A stretch of 64,000 nucleotides of DNA from Burkholderiales bacterium (GCA_023701005.1 JAMPXW010000001.1:143843-207842), one strand, 5' to 3'; positions 36,430 through 46,883 are shown, numbered from the stretch's first letter. Program-made: numbers and translations. Notes: generated from the sequence alone by a model not told the origin.

Positions 36430-37224
36430 ATGGAAATACCAAATGAATATAAAAAGAATATATATTTAGCATTGTTTGTGTTTTTGATTATTGTGTCTCT
36501 TTATTTTGCTGTTAAATTTTTATCTGAATTTAAATCTTATGGAATGATAGGCAGTAAAGAAGTTAGTACTATCACTTTGTCTGGGCATGGAGAAGTGAAT
36601 GCAGTTCCAGATATAGCAGGAGTTGATTTTACTATCAATAAAGAAGCAAAGACTGTAAAAGAAGCACAAAGTCTCGTAGCAGAAGTAGAGAAGAAAGCAT
36701 TAACTTTCTTGAAAGAAGCTGGGGTTGCTGATAAGGACATAAAGACATCAAATGCATCTTTCAATCCTAAATATGAATATAAATATGAAAAAGTAGTTTG
36801 TAATGAATTTGGATGTCCTCCTAATAATGGAAAGAGTGTTATCGTAGGATATGAAGCTTCAGAAAGTATTACTGTTAAAGTTAGAAATACCGATGATGTT
36901 GGTAAAATAATGCAAGGTCTTGGAGGATTGGGAGTTTCAAATCTTTATGGGCCTAATTTTTCAATTGATAATGAAGATGGCTTGAAAGCAGAAGCTAGAA
37001 AGAAGGCTATTGATGATGCGAGAGAAAAAGCAAAAATTTTGGCTAGAGATTTAGGAGTAAAACTCGGGAAGATTTCTTCATTTAATGAATCAGGTAATTA
37101 TCCTATGCCAATGTATGCAAAAACTATGATGGCAGAAGGTGCTGCTAGAGATTCAGCGGCTGTTATTCCAAAAGGAGAAAATACAATAAGTTCAGACGTT
37201 ACGATAGTGTACGAAATACGATAA
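36430..37224 (+). CDS. SIMPL (DUF541) domain protein
   Basis: ITLSGHGEVNAVPD, ARKKAIDDAREKA, GVKLGKI. Confidence 0.88.
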   Translation: MEIPNEYKKNIYLALFVFLIIVSLYFAVKFLSEFKSYGMIGSKEVSTITLSGHGEVNAVPDIAGVDFTINKEAKTVKEAQSLVAEVEKKALTFLKEAGVADKDIKTSNASFNPKYEYKYEKVVCNEFGCPPNNGKSVIVGYEASESITVKVRNTDDVGKIMQGLGGLGVSNLYGPNFSIDNEDGLKAEARKKAIDDAREKAKILARDLGVKLGKISSFNESGNYPMPMYAKTMMAEGAARDSAAVIPKGENTISSDVTIVYEIR

Positions 37225-37306
37225 TTGACTATTTTCGAATAAAAGAGTACTATTAAAAGAGCCCTTGAAAGGGGGCTTTTTTAAAAGATTTAAGCGAAAA
37301 TACAAA

Positions 37307-37492
37307 ATGTCAAAAATAACTGAGTATTTTAAAGAAACAAAAATAGAGCTAAAACACGTTATTTGGCCTACTAAATATCAGACTATTTTATATACGATTA
37401 TTGTCATAGTCTTGTCTGTGTTGATAGCTTATATCTTGGGAGTGTTTGATTATGCTTTCTTACAAGGTTTGCAAAAAATAATTTCTTTTTAA
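37307..37492 (+). CDS. secE: Preprotein translocase SecE (start at ATG 37307)
   Basis: ELKHVIWPT, single TM, upstream of nusG. Confidence 0.92.
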   Translation: MSKITEYFKETKIELKHVIWPTKYQTILYTIIVIVLSVLIAYILGVFDYAFLQGLQKIISF

Positions 37493-37496
37493 TAAT

Positions 37497-38042
37497 ATGT
37501 CAAAACAAGAAACACAAGGCGCTAGAAATTGGTATGCTATACATACCTATGCTGGATACGAAAATGTTGTTTTACGTAATTTAAAGCAACGTATCGATTC
37601 ACTAGGAATGAATGATAAGATTTTTAATGTCATAGTACCAATTGAAAAAAAGATAAAGATAAAGGCTGGTAAACGTGTAGAAGTCGAAGAAAAGATTTAT
37701 CCAGGATATGTGTTGGTAGATATGATAGTTACAGATGATTCTTGGTATGTTGTTCGAAATACTCCACGTGTCACAGGTTTCGTTGGTGCTGGAGTAAACC
37801 CTGTACCATTAAGAAGTGACGAAGTAGATTATTTGTTTAAGAAAATGGATACTGGCACTCTTAAACACAATATCGACATTGCGATAGATGAGATAGTGAG
37901 AATAGTAGATGGTCCATTTAAAGATTTAGAAGGTAAGGTAAATTCTGTAGATCAAGAAAGAGGTAAAATAAAAGTATTAGTATCAATGTTTGGTCGTGAG
38001 ACCCCCGTCGAACTTGATTTCTTGCAAGTTAAGAAAACTTAA
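37497..38042 (+). CDS. nusG: Transcription factor NusG
   Basis: WYAIHTYAGYE, YPGYVLV, KOW domain, MFGRETPVEL. Confidence 0.97.
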   Translation: MSKQETQGARNWYAIHTYAGYENVVLRNLKQRIDSLGMNDKIFNVIVPIEKKIKIKAGKRVEVEEKIYPGYVLVDMIVTDDSWYVVRNTPRVTGFVGAGVNPVPLRSDEVDYLFKKMDTGTLKHNIDIAIDEIVRIVDGPFKDLEGKVNSVDQERGKIKVLVSMFGRETPVELDFLQVKKT

Positions 38043-38058
38043 GGTAATCTAAAAATAT

Positions 38059-38484
38059 ATGGCAAAAAAGATAACAAAAAAAATAAAATTACAAATACAA
38101 GCAGCGAAAGCAACACCAGCTCCACCTTTGGGACCAGCATTGGGTCAGGCAGGTATTAACATTGGAGACTTTGTCACCAAATTTAATGCAGCTACTCAAA
38201 AGATGGCAGGGGACAAGGTTGGGGTAGTTATCACAGTTTTTGATGATAGAAGTTATGATTTCATAATAAAGACTCCACCAGTTACCGGACTTATTTTGAA
38301 AGCAGCAGGTATAGAAAAAGGATCAGGCAAAAATGCTACGACTAAGGTTGGAAAGATAACCAAAGCTCAAGCATTAGAGATTGCTAAAAAGAAAATGGCT
38401 GATTTGAACTCAAAAGATGATGTTGGTGCCATAAACATTGTAGCCGGTTCTGCTCGCTCAATGGGTATTGAAGTTAAAGACTAA
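38059..38484 (+). CDS. rplK: 50S ribosomal protein L11
   Basis: [25 protein letters not shown]. Confidence 0.97.
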   Translation: MAKKITKKIKLQIQAAKATPAPPLGPALGQAGINIGDFVTKFNAATQKMAGDKVGVVITVFDDRSYDFIIKTPPVTGLILKAAGIEKGSGKNATTKVGKITKAQALEIAKKKMADLNSKDDVGAINIVAGSARSMGIEVKD

Positions 38485-38495
38485 AAATTGAATTA

Positions 38496-38537
38496 AAAAG
38501 AGCCCCGACTTACTAAAGTCGGGGCTCTTTACTTTTT
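38496..38537 (+). terminator. Intrinsic terminator after rplK
   Basis: aaagagccccgactt-acta-aagtcggggctcttt followed by T run. Confidence 0.9.
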
Positions 38538-38611
38538 GTCTGTTGGGTGTTATTTTATCAGTAAGTAATTTGTTATTCGATAACTAATTTATTCTAAAAG
38601 CTGGAGGATTT

Positions 38612-39109
38612 ATGGGTTTACCGGATGTTTCTTACTGGACAGATGAAATCTTGGAAAAATTAAATAATTCTAAGAATTTTCAAGAGGCTTTTGATGCTTC
38701 TAAGGAGCTATTGGAATCTATGCCAAAAAACAAACGAATATGCATGGTTTGTGTATCAGTAGATCCTGGGGAAAACAGAAGCTTAAAACTTTTAAAAGAA
38801 CGGGTGCTTCTTTTGCAGAAGTATCGTAGGCATAATATTTTTGACACAGCTCCACTTCATGGAGTTTTGTTAAAATTATCTGAAAAGTGGATGAAACAAC
38901 AATTAAGATTAGTTTGCGAACCAGCATTGGATGTATACTACAGATTATTTAATTCCGGGTTAGTTCGTGTTGTATATTTTCACAAAGACGATGACCATAC
39001 TAGTATTTTTTTACTTAAAGAAAAATTAAAAACAATTTCACATTTACCTCAGGATTTTGAAAGAGAGTTAATTTTTGACGAAAATGATGCTCTTGTTTCT
39101 AATAATTAA
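38612..39109 (+). CDS. Hypothetical protein, diverged paralog of 39210-39779 (SD-led)
   Basis: GGAGG SD; shares IF...L.EKW...CEP...V.Y..F..G pattern with the neighbour. Confidence 0.6.
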   Translation: MGLPDVSYWTDEILEKLNNSKNFQEAFDASKELLESMPKNKRICMVCVSVDPGENRSLKLLKERVLLLQKYRRHNIFDTAPLHGVLLKLSEKWMKQQLRLVCEPALDVYYRLFNSGLVRVVYFHKDDDHTSIFLLKEKLKTISHLPQDFERELIFDENDALVSNN

Positions 39110-39209
39110 GAATTAAGTTATATAAGCACCTTTTAATAAAGGTGCTTTACTTTTTGTCTTATAAAGAGTATTTTGAAAGAAATAATTGTAAATTGATAAA
39201 GGAGGAGAT

Positions 39210-39779
39210 GTGAACGCTCATTCAGAAATTATAGTTGCTAGGCCTTTTTCTAGTGGATTAATAAAGGGTACAAATTTGTATCCATGGAATTGGAAAAAAG
39301 GAGAACTAGCTGTTTTAAGACAAAAAAGCTTTACTTTTTGGGATGTGAGAGAAATTAGTCTGTTCAATATAAATAGACTAAGGAATACACGTGGTAAAAT
39401 ATGTGGAATTTCCACTCCTTATACCACTGGAGGTTATGGAATAGAATTGAACACAAAAATATTTTACAAATGCATGCGGTATTTGGAATCAATAGGTTAT
39501 ACAATATTCAATTTCCCGGTTTTAGACATCGCAATTAGACCACTTAGAGAAAAATGGTGCGAAGAAAAGGGTGTGAAATATTGTGAACCAATATTTGGAG
39601 TCGTTTATAATGACGTCTTTCAATTTGGTGGCTTTGAAGAAATTTTCAGAACATCTAATTGGCCTAGTTCAGATGGATGCAATACGGAAGACGGATTATT
39701 TAAAAAATTTAATATTAATGTTTCTTCATTTCCTGAAGAAGAATTCAAAAAAATATTAAAAAGTCTGAATTTGGAATAG
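39210..39779 (+). CDS. DUF4406/nucleoside deoxyribosyltransferase-like fold protein (SD-led, GTG start)
   Basis: ICGISTPYTTGG...GYTIFN...WPSSDGCNTE pattern; AAGGAGG SD. Confidence 0.55.
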   Translation: MNAHSEIIVARPFSSGLIKGTNLYPWNWKKGELAVLRQKSFTFWDVREISLFNINRLRNTRGKICGISTPYTTGGYGIELNTKIFYKCMRYLESIGYTIFNFPVLDIAIRPLREKWCEEKGVKYCEPIFGVVYNDVFQFGGFEEIFRTSNWPSSDGCNTEDGLFKKFNINVSSFPEEEFKKILKSLNLE

Positions 39780-39848
39780 TTATAAGCGGTGTCATTATGA
39801 GCCGCTTTTTTTATTTGGCTTTTTTATTTGGTGCGGTATAATTGGTCT

Positions 39849-40379
39849 ATGAAAAAAGAAACTAAAATAAAAGATAGTCGCCCTTCTTGGGAAGAGTATT
39901 TTATGGGTATTGCTGAAAAGATTTCAGAAAGATCTAAGGATCCTTCTACTAAAACAGGTTGCATCTTTGTTGATGAAAAGAATAGACCAGTTTCTTTTGG
40001 TTACAATGGTTTTATTGGTGGATGTAATGAGAAAAAGATGACACAAGAGAGACCAATGAAATATTATCTAGTAATCCATGCAGAAATGAACGCCATTTTG
40101 TTTGCAAAGAAAGATTTATCAAATTGCACGGTGTACTCTTTATATGCTCCGTGTGAGAATTGTTTAAAACATATGATTCAAGCAGGGATAAAGAATATTA
40201 TTTATAAAAATCCTGTAGTAGAAAGTAAGGCCAATAACAATACGCAATCAATGACCACACAATTGACGAATGAAGCCATCACTCGAATGTTGCTTTCTAT
40301 GCCAGAAGTAAATTGTCGCAATATAAGTGGAAAAAGTTATTTAAAAGAAATGTGGGGCAATAATATACCTAAATTTTAA
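39849..40379 (+). CDS. dCMP deaminase
   Basis: RPSWEEYFM, SKDPST, GYNG, HAEMNAI, PCENC. Confidence 0.92.
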   Translation: MKKETKIKDSRPSWEEYFMGIAEKISERSKDPSTKTGCIFVDEKNRPVSFGYNGFIGGCNEKKMTQERPMKYYLVIHAEMNAILFAKKDLSNCTVYSLYAPCENCLKHMIQAGIKNIIYKNPVVESKANNNTQSMTTQLTNEAITRMLLSMPEVNCRNISGKSYLKEMWGNNIPKF

Positions 40380-40383
40380 TTTT

Positions 40384-40953
40384 ATGGATAAAAAAATAAT
40401 TATTGGAATAACTGGAACACTTGGTGCTGGGAAGGGAACGATTGTTCAACATCTTTTAAAAAATAATGAATTTATACATTTTTCTGCACGAGAAGATGTT
40501 ATTAATAAAGAGATAGAAAGAAGAGGGTTGCCAATAACAAGAGACAATATGGTTTTGGTTGCCAATGACCTTAGGAAAAATTATGGGCCTAGCCATGTTG
40601 CTGAAGAACTTTTTAAAATGGCACAAAATTCTGACAAAAATTGTGTTTTAGAAAGCTTAAGAACTGCAGGTGAAATTGAAGCACTTAGAAAAAAGGGTGA
40701 ATTTTATTTATTCGCGGTAAATGCTGAACAAGAAACAAGATACGATCGAATTCACAAGAGGGGAAATATGCAAAGTGATAATGTGAGTTTTGAAAAATTT
40801 GTTGAACAAGAAGAAATTGAAATGAAATCAGATGATCCAAATAAACAAAATTTGTCTAAATGTATTTCAATGGCAGATTATGTCTTTGATAATAATGGAA
40901 CTTTTGAAGATTTATATAAACAAGTAGATGAAGTAATTAAGAAACTTTCCTAA
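40384..40953 (+). CDS. P-loop nucleotide kinase (dNMP/dephospho-CoA kinase-like)
   Basis: GITGTLGAGKGT, ESLR, ADYVFDNNG. Confidence 0.8.
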   Translation: MDKKIIIGITGTLGAGKGTIVQHLLKNNEFIHFSAREDVINKEIERRGLPITRDNMVLVANDLRKNYGPSHVAEELFKMAQNSDKNCVLESLRTAGEIEALRKKGEFYLFAVNAEQETRYDRIHKRGNMQSDNVSFEKFVEQEEIEMKSDDPNKQNLSKCISMADYVFDNNGTFEDLYKQVDEVIKKLS

Positions 40954-40956
40954 TTA

Positions 40957-42312
40957 TTATTTTAAAACAATATCATGTTCTCCTCGTTTTATATCAAAGC
41001 GATCTGTTTCTTCATCTAGATGCATAACTAGACCATATTTACTAAATAATTTTACTAAGACACTCGCTAGCATTTTTGCTTTTTTTCTAAGAGTGGGATG
41101 TACAAATCTTGTCGCTCGAAGTTCTGCCAAATAGATTAAATAATTTAAACTTCCAGTTAATCTATTTGATATATTAAATCCCATAGCAATGTAGTATTGT
41201 TTTTCTTCTTTTAGAATATTTAATTTTTCTATTTTTTCTACCTGTTTCTTAATAAAAGTTTTGGCTTTTTCTTGTAGTTCTTTTGGTAATTCATCTATAT
41301 ACCAATTTTCGAAACTAATTTCAGTTGTGAGTAAAGGCATTCTTTGTGTTATTGCACGATGTCTTTGTAAATCTCTGAAAGATCCAAAGTCGAGAAGAAA
41401 TTCAAATTGCAATGTCCCCGCTTCTGCTAAATGTTTTGGCAATTCAGTTTTCATCGGTCTTTTTTCTAGGATTTCTTTCGGTAGTAATTTGATATTTATA
41501 GAATTATTAGTTAATTCAAAATTAGGACAATTTTTGTCATGATAATAATATTCATTTTTTACCCAAAATTCATTGTAACTTTCCGTATTTTTAAAAATTT
41601 CATGACTGAATGAATTAGGGAATGAGTCAAAAAGTGCAGATTGTATTGCTTCTGAGATATTTCTAACTTCTTCGAGTGGGTGGTGTCGGAGTAGCATTAG
41701 TTTATCAGCAGCCTGTCGTAAATTTGTATGCCAAGCTAGATTGGTGGTTGATCCGGCTGGTAGAAAACCTCTTAATATATCAAAAGCTCTTGCATTAATT
41801 GCTTTGTTATAAATATTTTCTACTTCACCTTTGCTTATAGGATAAATCTTTTTGAGATGTTCTTTTGTTGGTTCCATGGTTTCGATATAAAAAGTTCTCC
41901 AAGATTCTAAAATTTCTTCTCCTTCTTTTGTCCCAATTGGATTTTTAAATAGTTGAGTTTTAAAATCTACATAACGCGTAGATGATTCTTGTCCAGAATA
42001 TAAAGGCCAATCCTGAATTGCCTTTGCGGCTAACATAGAGATACCTTCGATAAATATTGAAGTGCTTCCACAATCACCGATTGATTTATGTCCATATCCA
42101 ACATAAAAATTTTTCATAAAATTATCTGGACCTTTTTCTGAAAGTATTTTTAGATGATTTTTTAGGCCTCCCGTAGATCTAGAATGGAGAGCTTGAAGCA
42201 TGGCAGCCGATTCCGGCCCTATAACCGACCCTGTATCGAGAACAATAACGATACCCCCACCTTTTATTTGAGCTTCGTGATGTTTTAAGTTTTCTAGATT
42301 TTTATTTTCCAT
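40957..42312 (-). CDS. thyX: FAD-dependent thymidylate synthase, long two-domain form
   Basis: GYGHKSIGD, QESSTRY, RGFLPAG, FRDLQRHR, ELR...HP. Confidence 0.85.
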   Translation of the reverse strand: MENKNLENLKHHEAQIKGGGIVIVLDTGSVIGPESAAMLQALHSRSTGGLKNHLKILSEKGPDNFMKNFYVGYGHKSIGDCGSTSIFIEGISMLAAKAIQDWPLYSGQESSTRYVDFKTQLFKNPIGTKEGEEILESWRTFYIETMEPTKEHLKKIYPISKGEVENIYNKAINARAFDILRGFLPAGSTTNLAWHTNLRQAADKLMLLRHHPLEEVRNISEAIQSALFDSFPNSFSHEIFKNTESYNEFWVKNEYYYHDKNCPNFELTNNSINIKLLPKEILEKRPMKTELPKHLAEAGTLQFEFLLDFGSFRDLQRHRAITQRMPLLTTEISFENWYIDELPKELQEKAKTFIKKQVEKIEKLNILKEEKQYYIAMGFNISNRLTGSLNYLIYLAELRATRFVHPTLRKKAKMLASVLVKLFSKYGLVMHLDEETDRFDIKRGEHDIVLK

Positions 42313-42434
42313 ATTTTTTTAGTATAACATTTCTCTGATTTCTGGTGTAGGGAAAATTTATTTGACAAAATATTATAAAAATGCTATTCTTAAAACATCA
42401 TTCTCATCTAACATAATATTGGGAGTGACCCAAT

Positions 42435-43685
42435 ATGTATAAAAATAATAACTCATCAAAACCGAAGAAATTCGGGCATTCTAAATTTGGCTCAAAACCA
42501 AAATCTGCTCATAAATTCGGAGGTAAAAATTTTAAAAGAAGTGGAGGTCGTTCTAAAAAGAGAGGTTTTTCCGAGCGGATAGATTTTTCTCGTTTTATAA
42601 AAAAAGGCCAGCATGTAGAAGAGAAGCCATATGTGTCTAAGCACACATTTATAGATTTTCCTTTTGATCCTCAAATTCATAAAAACATAGCAAGAGCTCA
42701 ATTTATAAATCCAAGACCTATCCAAGATCAAGCTATCCCTTCTGTACTGAAAGGCATGGATGTCTTTGGTATGGCAAACACGGGGACAGGTAAGACGGCA
42801 GCATTTTTGTTGCCTTTGATTGAAAAGATAGTTAAGACTAAGGGCCAAAATAAAAGAGAGACTGTTTTGATCATGGCACCTACGAGAGAGCTCGCAATGC
42901 AGATAGATTCAGATTTTAAGATGTTAGGCTTTGGCTTAGGAATTTTCTCTGTATCTTGTGTCGGAGGACTTCCGATAATGAGACAAATAAGTGAAATAAA
43001 AAGAGGGGTGTCTTTCGTTATAGGTACACCTGGAAGGATAAGAGATCTCATCGATAGAAAAGTTTTGGATTTTTCTACTTGTCATTCTGTCGTACTCGAT
43101 GAGGCAGATAGAATGCTAGACATGGGATTTCGGGATGATATGGTTTTTATCCTTGGTAAAGTTCCAAAAGAAGACAGACAGACTCTTTTCTTTTCAGCAA
43201 CATTATCACCAGAAGTAAAAAAGCTAACTACAGAATTTCTTAAAGATCCTGTCTTTATTTCTGTAATTTCTGGAGAAACTGCAAAAAATATTGACCAAGA
43301 TGTAGTTCGTACTAGGAGCAAAGAAGAAAAATTAGAAAAACTCCACGAAATCTTAAAAAAGGATGGCTCTGATAAAGTTTTGATTTTTAGAGAAATGAAA
43401 CATAGCGTAGATGATCTGACTAAAGAGTTGAAACATATGGGCTTTAAGGTGGGTTGTATACATGGAGACAAGAGAAGTCGTGAACGTATTCGCACATTAG
43501 AACAATTTAAAAAAGATCAAATAAATATTTTAATTGCGACAGATGTCGCAGCTCGTGGCCTCGATATACCAGATGTGACACATGTCATAAATTATGATAT
43601 TCCTCAAACATACGATACGTATGTGCACAGAATAGGCCGTACTGGCCGTTCAGGCAAAAAGGGAACAGCACTTACTTTCGTGTAA
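42435..43685 (+). CDS. DEAD-box RNA helicase
   Basis: Q motif, TGTGKT, PTRELA, DEAD, SAT, ARGLD, HRIGRTGR. Confidence 0.96.
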   Translation: MYKNNNSSKPKKFGHSKFGSKPKSAHKFGGKNFKRSGGRSKKRGFSERIDFSRFIKKGQHVEEKPYVSKHTFIDFPFDPQIHKNIARAQFINPRPIQDQAIPSVLKGMDVFGMANTGTGKTAAFLLPLIEKIVKTKGQNKRETVLIMAPTRELAMQIDSDFKMLGFGLGIFSVSCVGGLPIMRQISEIKRGVSFVIGTPGRIRDLIDRKVLDFSTCHSVVLDEADRMLDMGFRDDMVFILGKVPKEDRQTLFFSATLSPEVKKLTTEFLKDPVFISVISGETAKNIDQDVVRTRSKEEKLEKLHEILKKDGSDKVLIFREMKHSVDDLTKELKHMGFKVGCIHGDKRSRERIRTLEQFKKDQINILIATDVAARGLDIPDVTHVINYDIPQTYDTYVHRIGRTGRSGKKGTALTFV

Positions 43686-43717
43686 AATAATTTAAATAAA
43701 TATGCTATCATTCTTTT

Positions 43718-44818
43718 ATGATGGTTTTGATTTTTTCTATAGTTATTTTATTATTTGCAACTATTAATCTAATTGCTTACAAAACATTTGTGACGATTTT
43801 CCCTGTATTTGCATCAAAGCATCTTTTTTTGATTCGTATCATTTTCTTAGTATTGATGCTGAGCTTTATATTAGCTTCGTTTATGGCTAGATATGATGAT
43901 TCTTTTTTTGCAAAAATATTTTACACAATTTCAGCAAGTTGGTTTGGTTTTTTATCTTATCTTTTTCTTGTCGCTGTTTTATATTCAATAATTTTAATTG
44001 TTTTTCATTTTATTTCTCCAAATTTTTCTGTACTTTGGATAGGCAAAATTCTTTTTTGTTTGTTAATAATACTTGGTGTTTATGGTTTGTATAATGCACA
44101 AAAAATTATCATTACAAAGGTAAATATTTCAATACCAAATCTTCCAGAATCTTGGAAAGGTAGAAAAGCAGTATTTATATCGGATATTCATTTTGGACCC
44201 ATATATAGTGCAGGTACAGCGAGAGAAATTTCTAAAAAGATAGAAGAGCTAAACCCCGATATAGTTTTCAACGGAGGAGATACTTATGATGGTGTCGGAG
44301 GTGATGTTTTTACTCCCATAAAATTATTGGCAGATTTTAAGCCCTATCTTGGGCATTATTTTGTTACAGGGAATCATGAAGAGTATGGCAACAAAGCAGG
44401 TTATTTAGATGCTATAAAAAAAGCGGGTATAAAAATTTTAAATAATGAAGCTGTCGTTGTGGAAGGGGTGAATATTGTTGGTGTTGATTTTACAACTACT
44501 TCAAAGAAGGAAGATTTTAAAAACATACTAGATGGTATTTCTTTAGATTCAAAGAATCCTTCAATTTTGTTGAAACATGTGCCTTTTGATTTAGGCGTAG
44601 CTTCAGATAAGGGAATAGATTTACAACTTTCTGGACATACTCATCGCGGGCAAGCTTTCCCATTAAGCTTCATATCTAATTTTGTTTACAAGGGATATGA
44701 TTATGGATTAAAAACTTTTAATTCTATGCAAGTTCTTGTGACAGATGGTGTAGGGACATGGGGCCCTCCCATGCGTGTCGGCACTCATTCTGAAATAGTA
44801 TTGATTACTTTTGAATAA
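43718..44818 (+). CDS. Membrane metallophosphoesterase (YkuE/YaeI-like)
   Basis: 4 TMs, SDIH, GGD, GNHE, SGHTH. Confidence 0.9.
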   Translation: MMVLIFSIVILLFATINLIAYKTFVTIFPVFASKHLFLIRIIFLVLMLSFILASFMARYDDSFFAKIFYTISASWFGFLSYLFLVAVLYSIILIVFHFISPNFSVLWIGKILFCLLIILGVYGLYNAQKIIITKVNISIPNLPESWKGRKAVFISDIHFGPIYSAGTAREISKKIEELNPDIVFNGGDTYDGVGGDVFTPIKLLADFKPYLGHYFVTGNHEEYGNKAGYLDAIKKAGIKILNNEAVVVEGVNIVGVDFTTTSKKEDFKNILDGISLDSKNPSILLKHVPFDLGVASDKGIDLQLSGHTHRGQAFPLSFISNFVYKGYDYGLKTFNSMQVLVTDGVGTWGPPMRVGTHSEIVLITFE

Positions 44819-44826
44819 AAAATAAA

Positions 44827-44861
44827 AAACTAAAAATCCCCTTAACGGGGATTTTTAGTTT
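44827..44861. terminator. Bidirectional terminator
   Basis: aaactaaaaatcccc-ttaac-ggggatttttagttt. Confidence 0.88.
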
Positions 44862-44865
44862 AGAT

Positions 44866-45117
44866 TTATTTTGCTTTTACGAGTCCGGCTTTTACGAGAG
44901 TTTTATAAACACCATTTTTCTTTATTGTCCTTAGTCCTCTAGTAGAAACTTCGATTATAACTTTTTTATTTAATTCAGGAACAAACACCTTCTTCTTTTG
45001 AAGATTTGGATATTTTCTCTTTTTACCAGTTGGGTTGAATTTAGTAGCACGAGTTCTGTTTGAGTACCCGCCACCGACTATTGAACCCTTTTTTGATATT
45101 GCACATATTTTTACCAT
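44866..45117 (-). CDS. rpmB: 50S ribosomal protein L28
   Basis: KICAISKK...KRKYPNLQKKK...VSTRGLRTIKK. Confidence 0.9.
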   Translation of the reverse strand: MVKICAISKKGSIVGGGYSNRTRATKFNPTGKKRKYPNLQKKKVFVPELNKKVIIEVSTRGLRTIKKNGVYKTLVKAGLVKAK

Positions 45118-45167
45118 AGTTTTTTTATGCTATCATAGAAAAGAGAGGTTGGCAACTCTTAATTTTT

Positions 45168-45779
45168 ATGGATACTATATTTTTCATAGCAATACTTATA
45201 ATGTCAGTCGTTATTCATGAAGTTTCTCATGGCTTCATGGCACTTCGTTTTGATGATAGAACAGCCCTCTATGCAGGCAGATTGACGTTAAATCCTCTGA
45301 AACATTTAGATATGTTTGGTTCTATTCTTTTACCAGCTTTCCTTGTATTAACAAATTCTCCATTTATGTTTGGTTGGGCAAAACCTGTACCATATAATCC
45401 TGAAAATTTGAGCAATAAGAAATGGGGAAGTATAGCAGTAGCTTCGGCTGGGGTTTTAGCAAATTTATTTATTGCAATTTTATTTGGTTTAATATTACGT
45501 TTCTTTTTCATGAATGGTTTGGTTCAAGAAGCGAGTTCTATGATCGCAGAGATTGTCCTGATAAATCTAGGATTGGCTATTTTTAATCTTGTGCCTATTC
45601 CACCGCTTGATGGTTCTAAAATATTGTTTGGACTTTTGCCTACTTCTTTTGAACCCCATATTGATTTCATAGAAAGATATTCCCTTATCCTTATAGCCAT
45701 TTTTATTTTTTATTTTTCTGATTCATTGTCTCCAATTTTAACTTTTTTGTTTAAACTCATAACAGGACTTGCAATTTAA
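45168..45779 (+). CDS. Site-2 protease (peptidase M50)
   Basis: HEVSH, GWAKPVP, NLVPIPPLDG. Confidence 0.93.
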   Translation: MDTIFFIAILIMSVVIHEVSHGFMALRFDDRTALYAGRLTLNPLKHLDMFGSILLPAFLVLTNSPFMFGWAKPVPYNPENLSNKKWGSIAVASAGVLANLFIAILFGLILRFFFMNGLVQEASSMIAEIVLINLGLAIFNLVPIPPLDGSKILFGLLPTSFEPHIDFIERYSLILIAIFIFYFSDSLSPILTFLFKLITGLAI

Positions 45780-45842
45780 ATTTTTTAATAGTATATTATT
45801 GCCATAGTCCTATGGGGCTATTTTGTTTAGTCATACGTTTAT

Positions 45843-46265
45843 ATGCCAACAATAAATCAATTAATTAAAAAGAATAGAGTTAAAACACAAGCTAAATCTA
45901 AAACAGTCGCTTTGGCTCGTGGTTTTAATGTTTTAAAGAATAGACCAGTATTTTTTCCAGCACCATTTAAAAGAGGTGTTTGTACAAAAGTTTCTACTAC
46001 TACTCCTAAAAAGCCAAACTCAGCTCTTCGAAAAATCGCGAGAGTACGTTTGACTAATGGTATGGAAGTGACTGCGTATATTCCAGGGGAAGGACACAAT
46101 TTACAAGAACACTCTGTGGTCATGTTGAGAGGAGGACGCGTGAAAGATCTTATCGGAGTAAGATATCACATTGTTCGTGGAGTATTGGATACACAAGGAG
46201 TTGAAAAGAGAAGACAAGGTAGATCTCTCTATGGTAATAAGAAACCAAAAGAAGCTAAGAAATAA
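45843..46265 (+). CDS. rpsL: 30S ribosomal protein S12
   Basis: [22 protein letters not shown]. Confidence 0.98.
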   Translation: MPTINQLIKKNRVKTQAKSKTVALARGFNVLKNRPVFFPAPFKRGVCTKVSTTTPKKPNSALRKIARVRLTNGMEVTAYIPGEGHNLQEHSVVMLRGGRVKDLIGVRYHIVRGVLDTQGVEKRRQGRSLYGNKKPKEAKK

Positions 46266-46270
46266 AAATT

Positions 46271-46741
46271 ATGCGAAGAAAAGTAAACAATCGAAATATA
46301 GTTAAGCCAGATTTTATTTATAATTCTCAAAAATTAGAGAAGTTTATAAATTATGTTATGTGGTCTGGCAAAAAAGAAACATCAAGGAAGATCGTCTATA
46401 AAGCTTTTGATGTTATAAAAGAAAAGACAGGTAATCCAAACCCTCTTGAAGTATTTGACTTAGCAATGAAAAACGCAGGTCCTTTGACAGAAGTACGTTC
46501 AAAAAGAATAGGAGGTGCAAACTATCAGGTTCCAAGAGAAGTCAGACCAGAACGCCGTTTAGCACTCGCTATGCGTTGGATTCGTGATGCTGCAAGAAAG
46601 ACAAAAGGTAAACCTATGCATTTGAAATTAGCTGATGAATTAATAGCTGCTTCTAAAAATGAAGGTGCTGCTATTAAAAAGAAAGATGATACTCATAAGA
46701 TGGCAGAAGCAAACAAAGCATTTGCACACTTCGCTTGGTAA
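46271..46741 (+). CDS. rpsG: 30S ribosomal protein S7
   Basis: RIGGANYQVP, HKMAEANKAFAH. Confidence 0.98.
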   Translation: MRRKVNNRNIVKPDFIYNSQKLEKFINYVMWSGKKETSRKIVYKAFDVIKEKTGNPNPLEVFDLAMKNAGPLTEVRSKRIGGANYQVPREVRPERRLALAMRWIRDAARKTKGKPMHLKLADELIAASKNEGAAIKKKDDTHKMAEANKAFAHFAW

Positions 46742-46883
46742 TTTACTTAAAATATTTTTTTACTCAAAGTCCCCGAGAGGGGATTTTTGTTTGCAAAATT
46801 TTTAGATATGTCGTATATTAGAGACGTAAAGGCTTCTAAGCCTTTTATTTTTTATTTATTAATTTAACATTATATATATTTAT

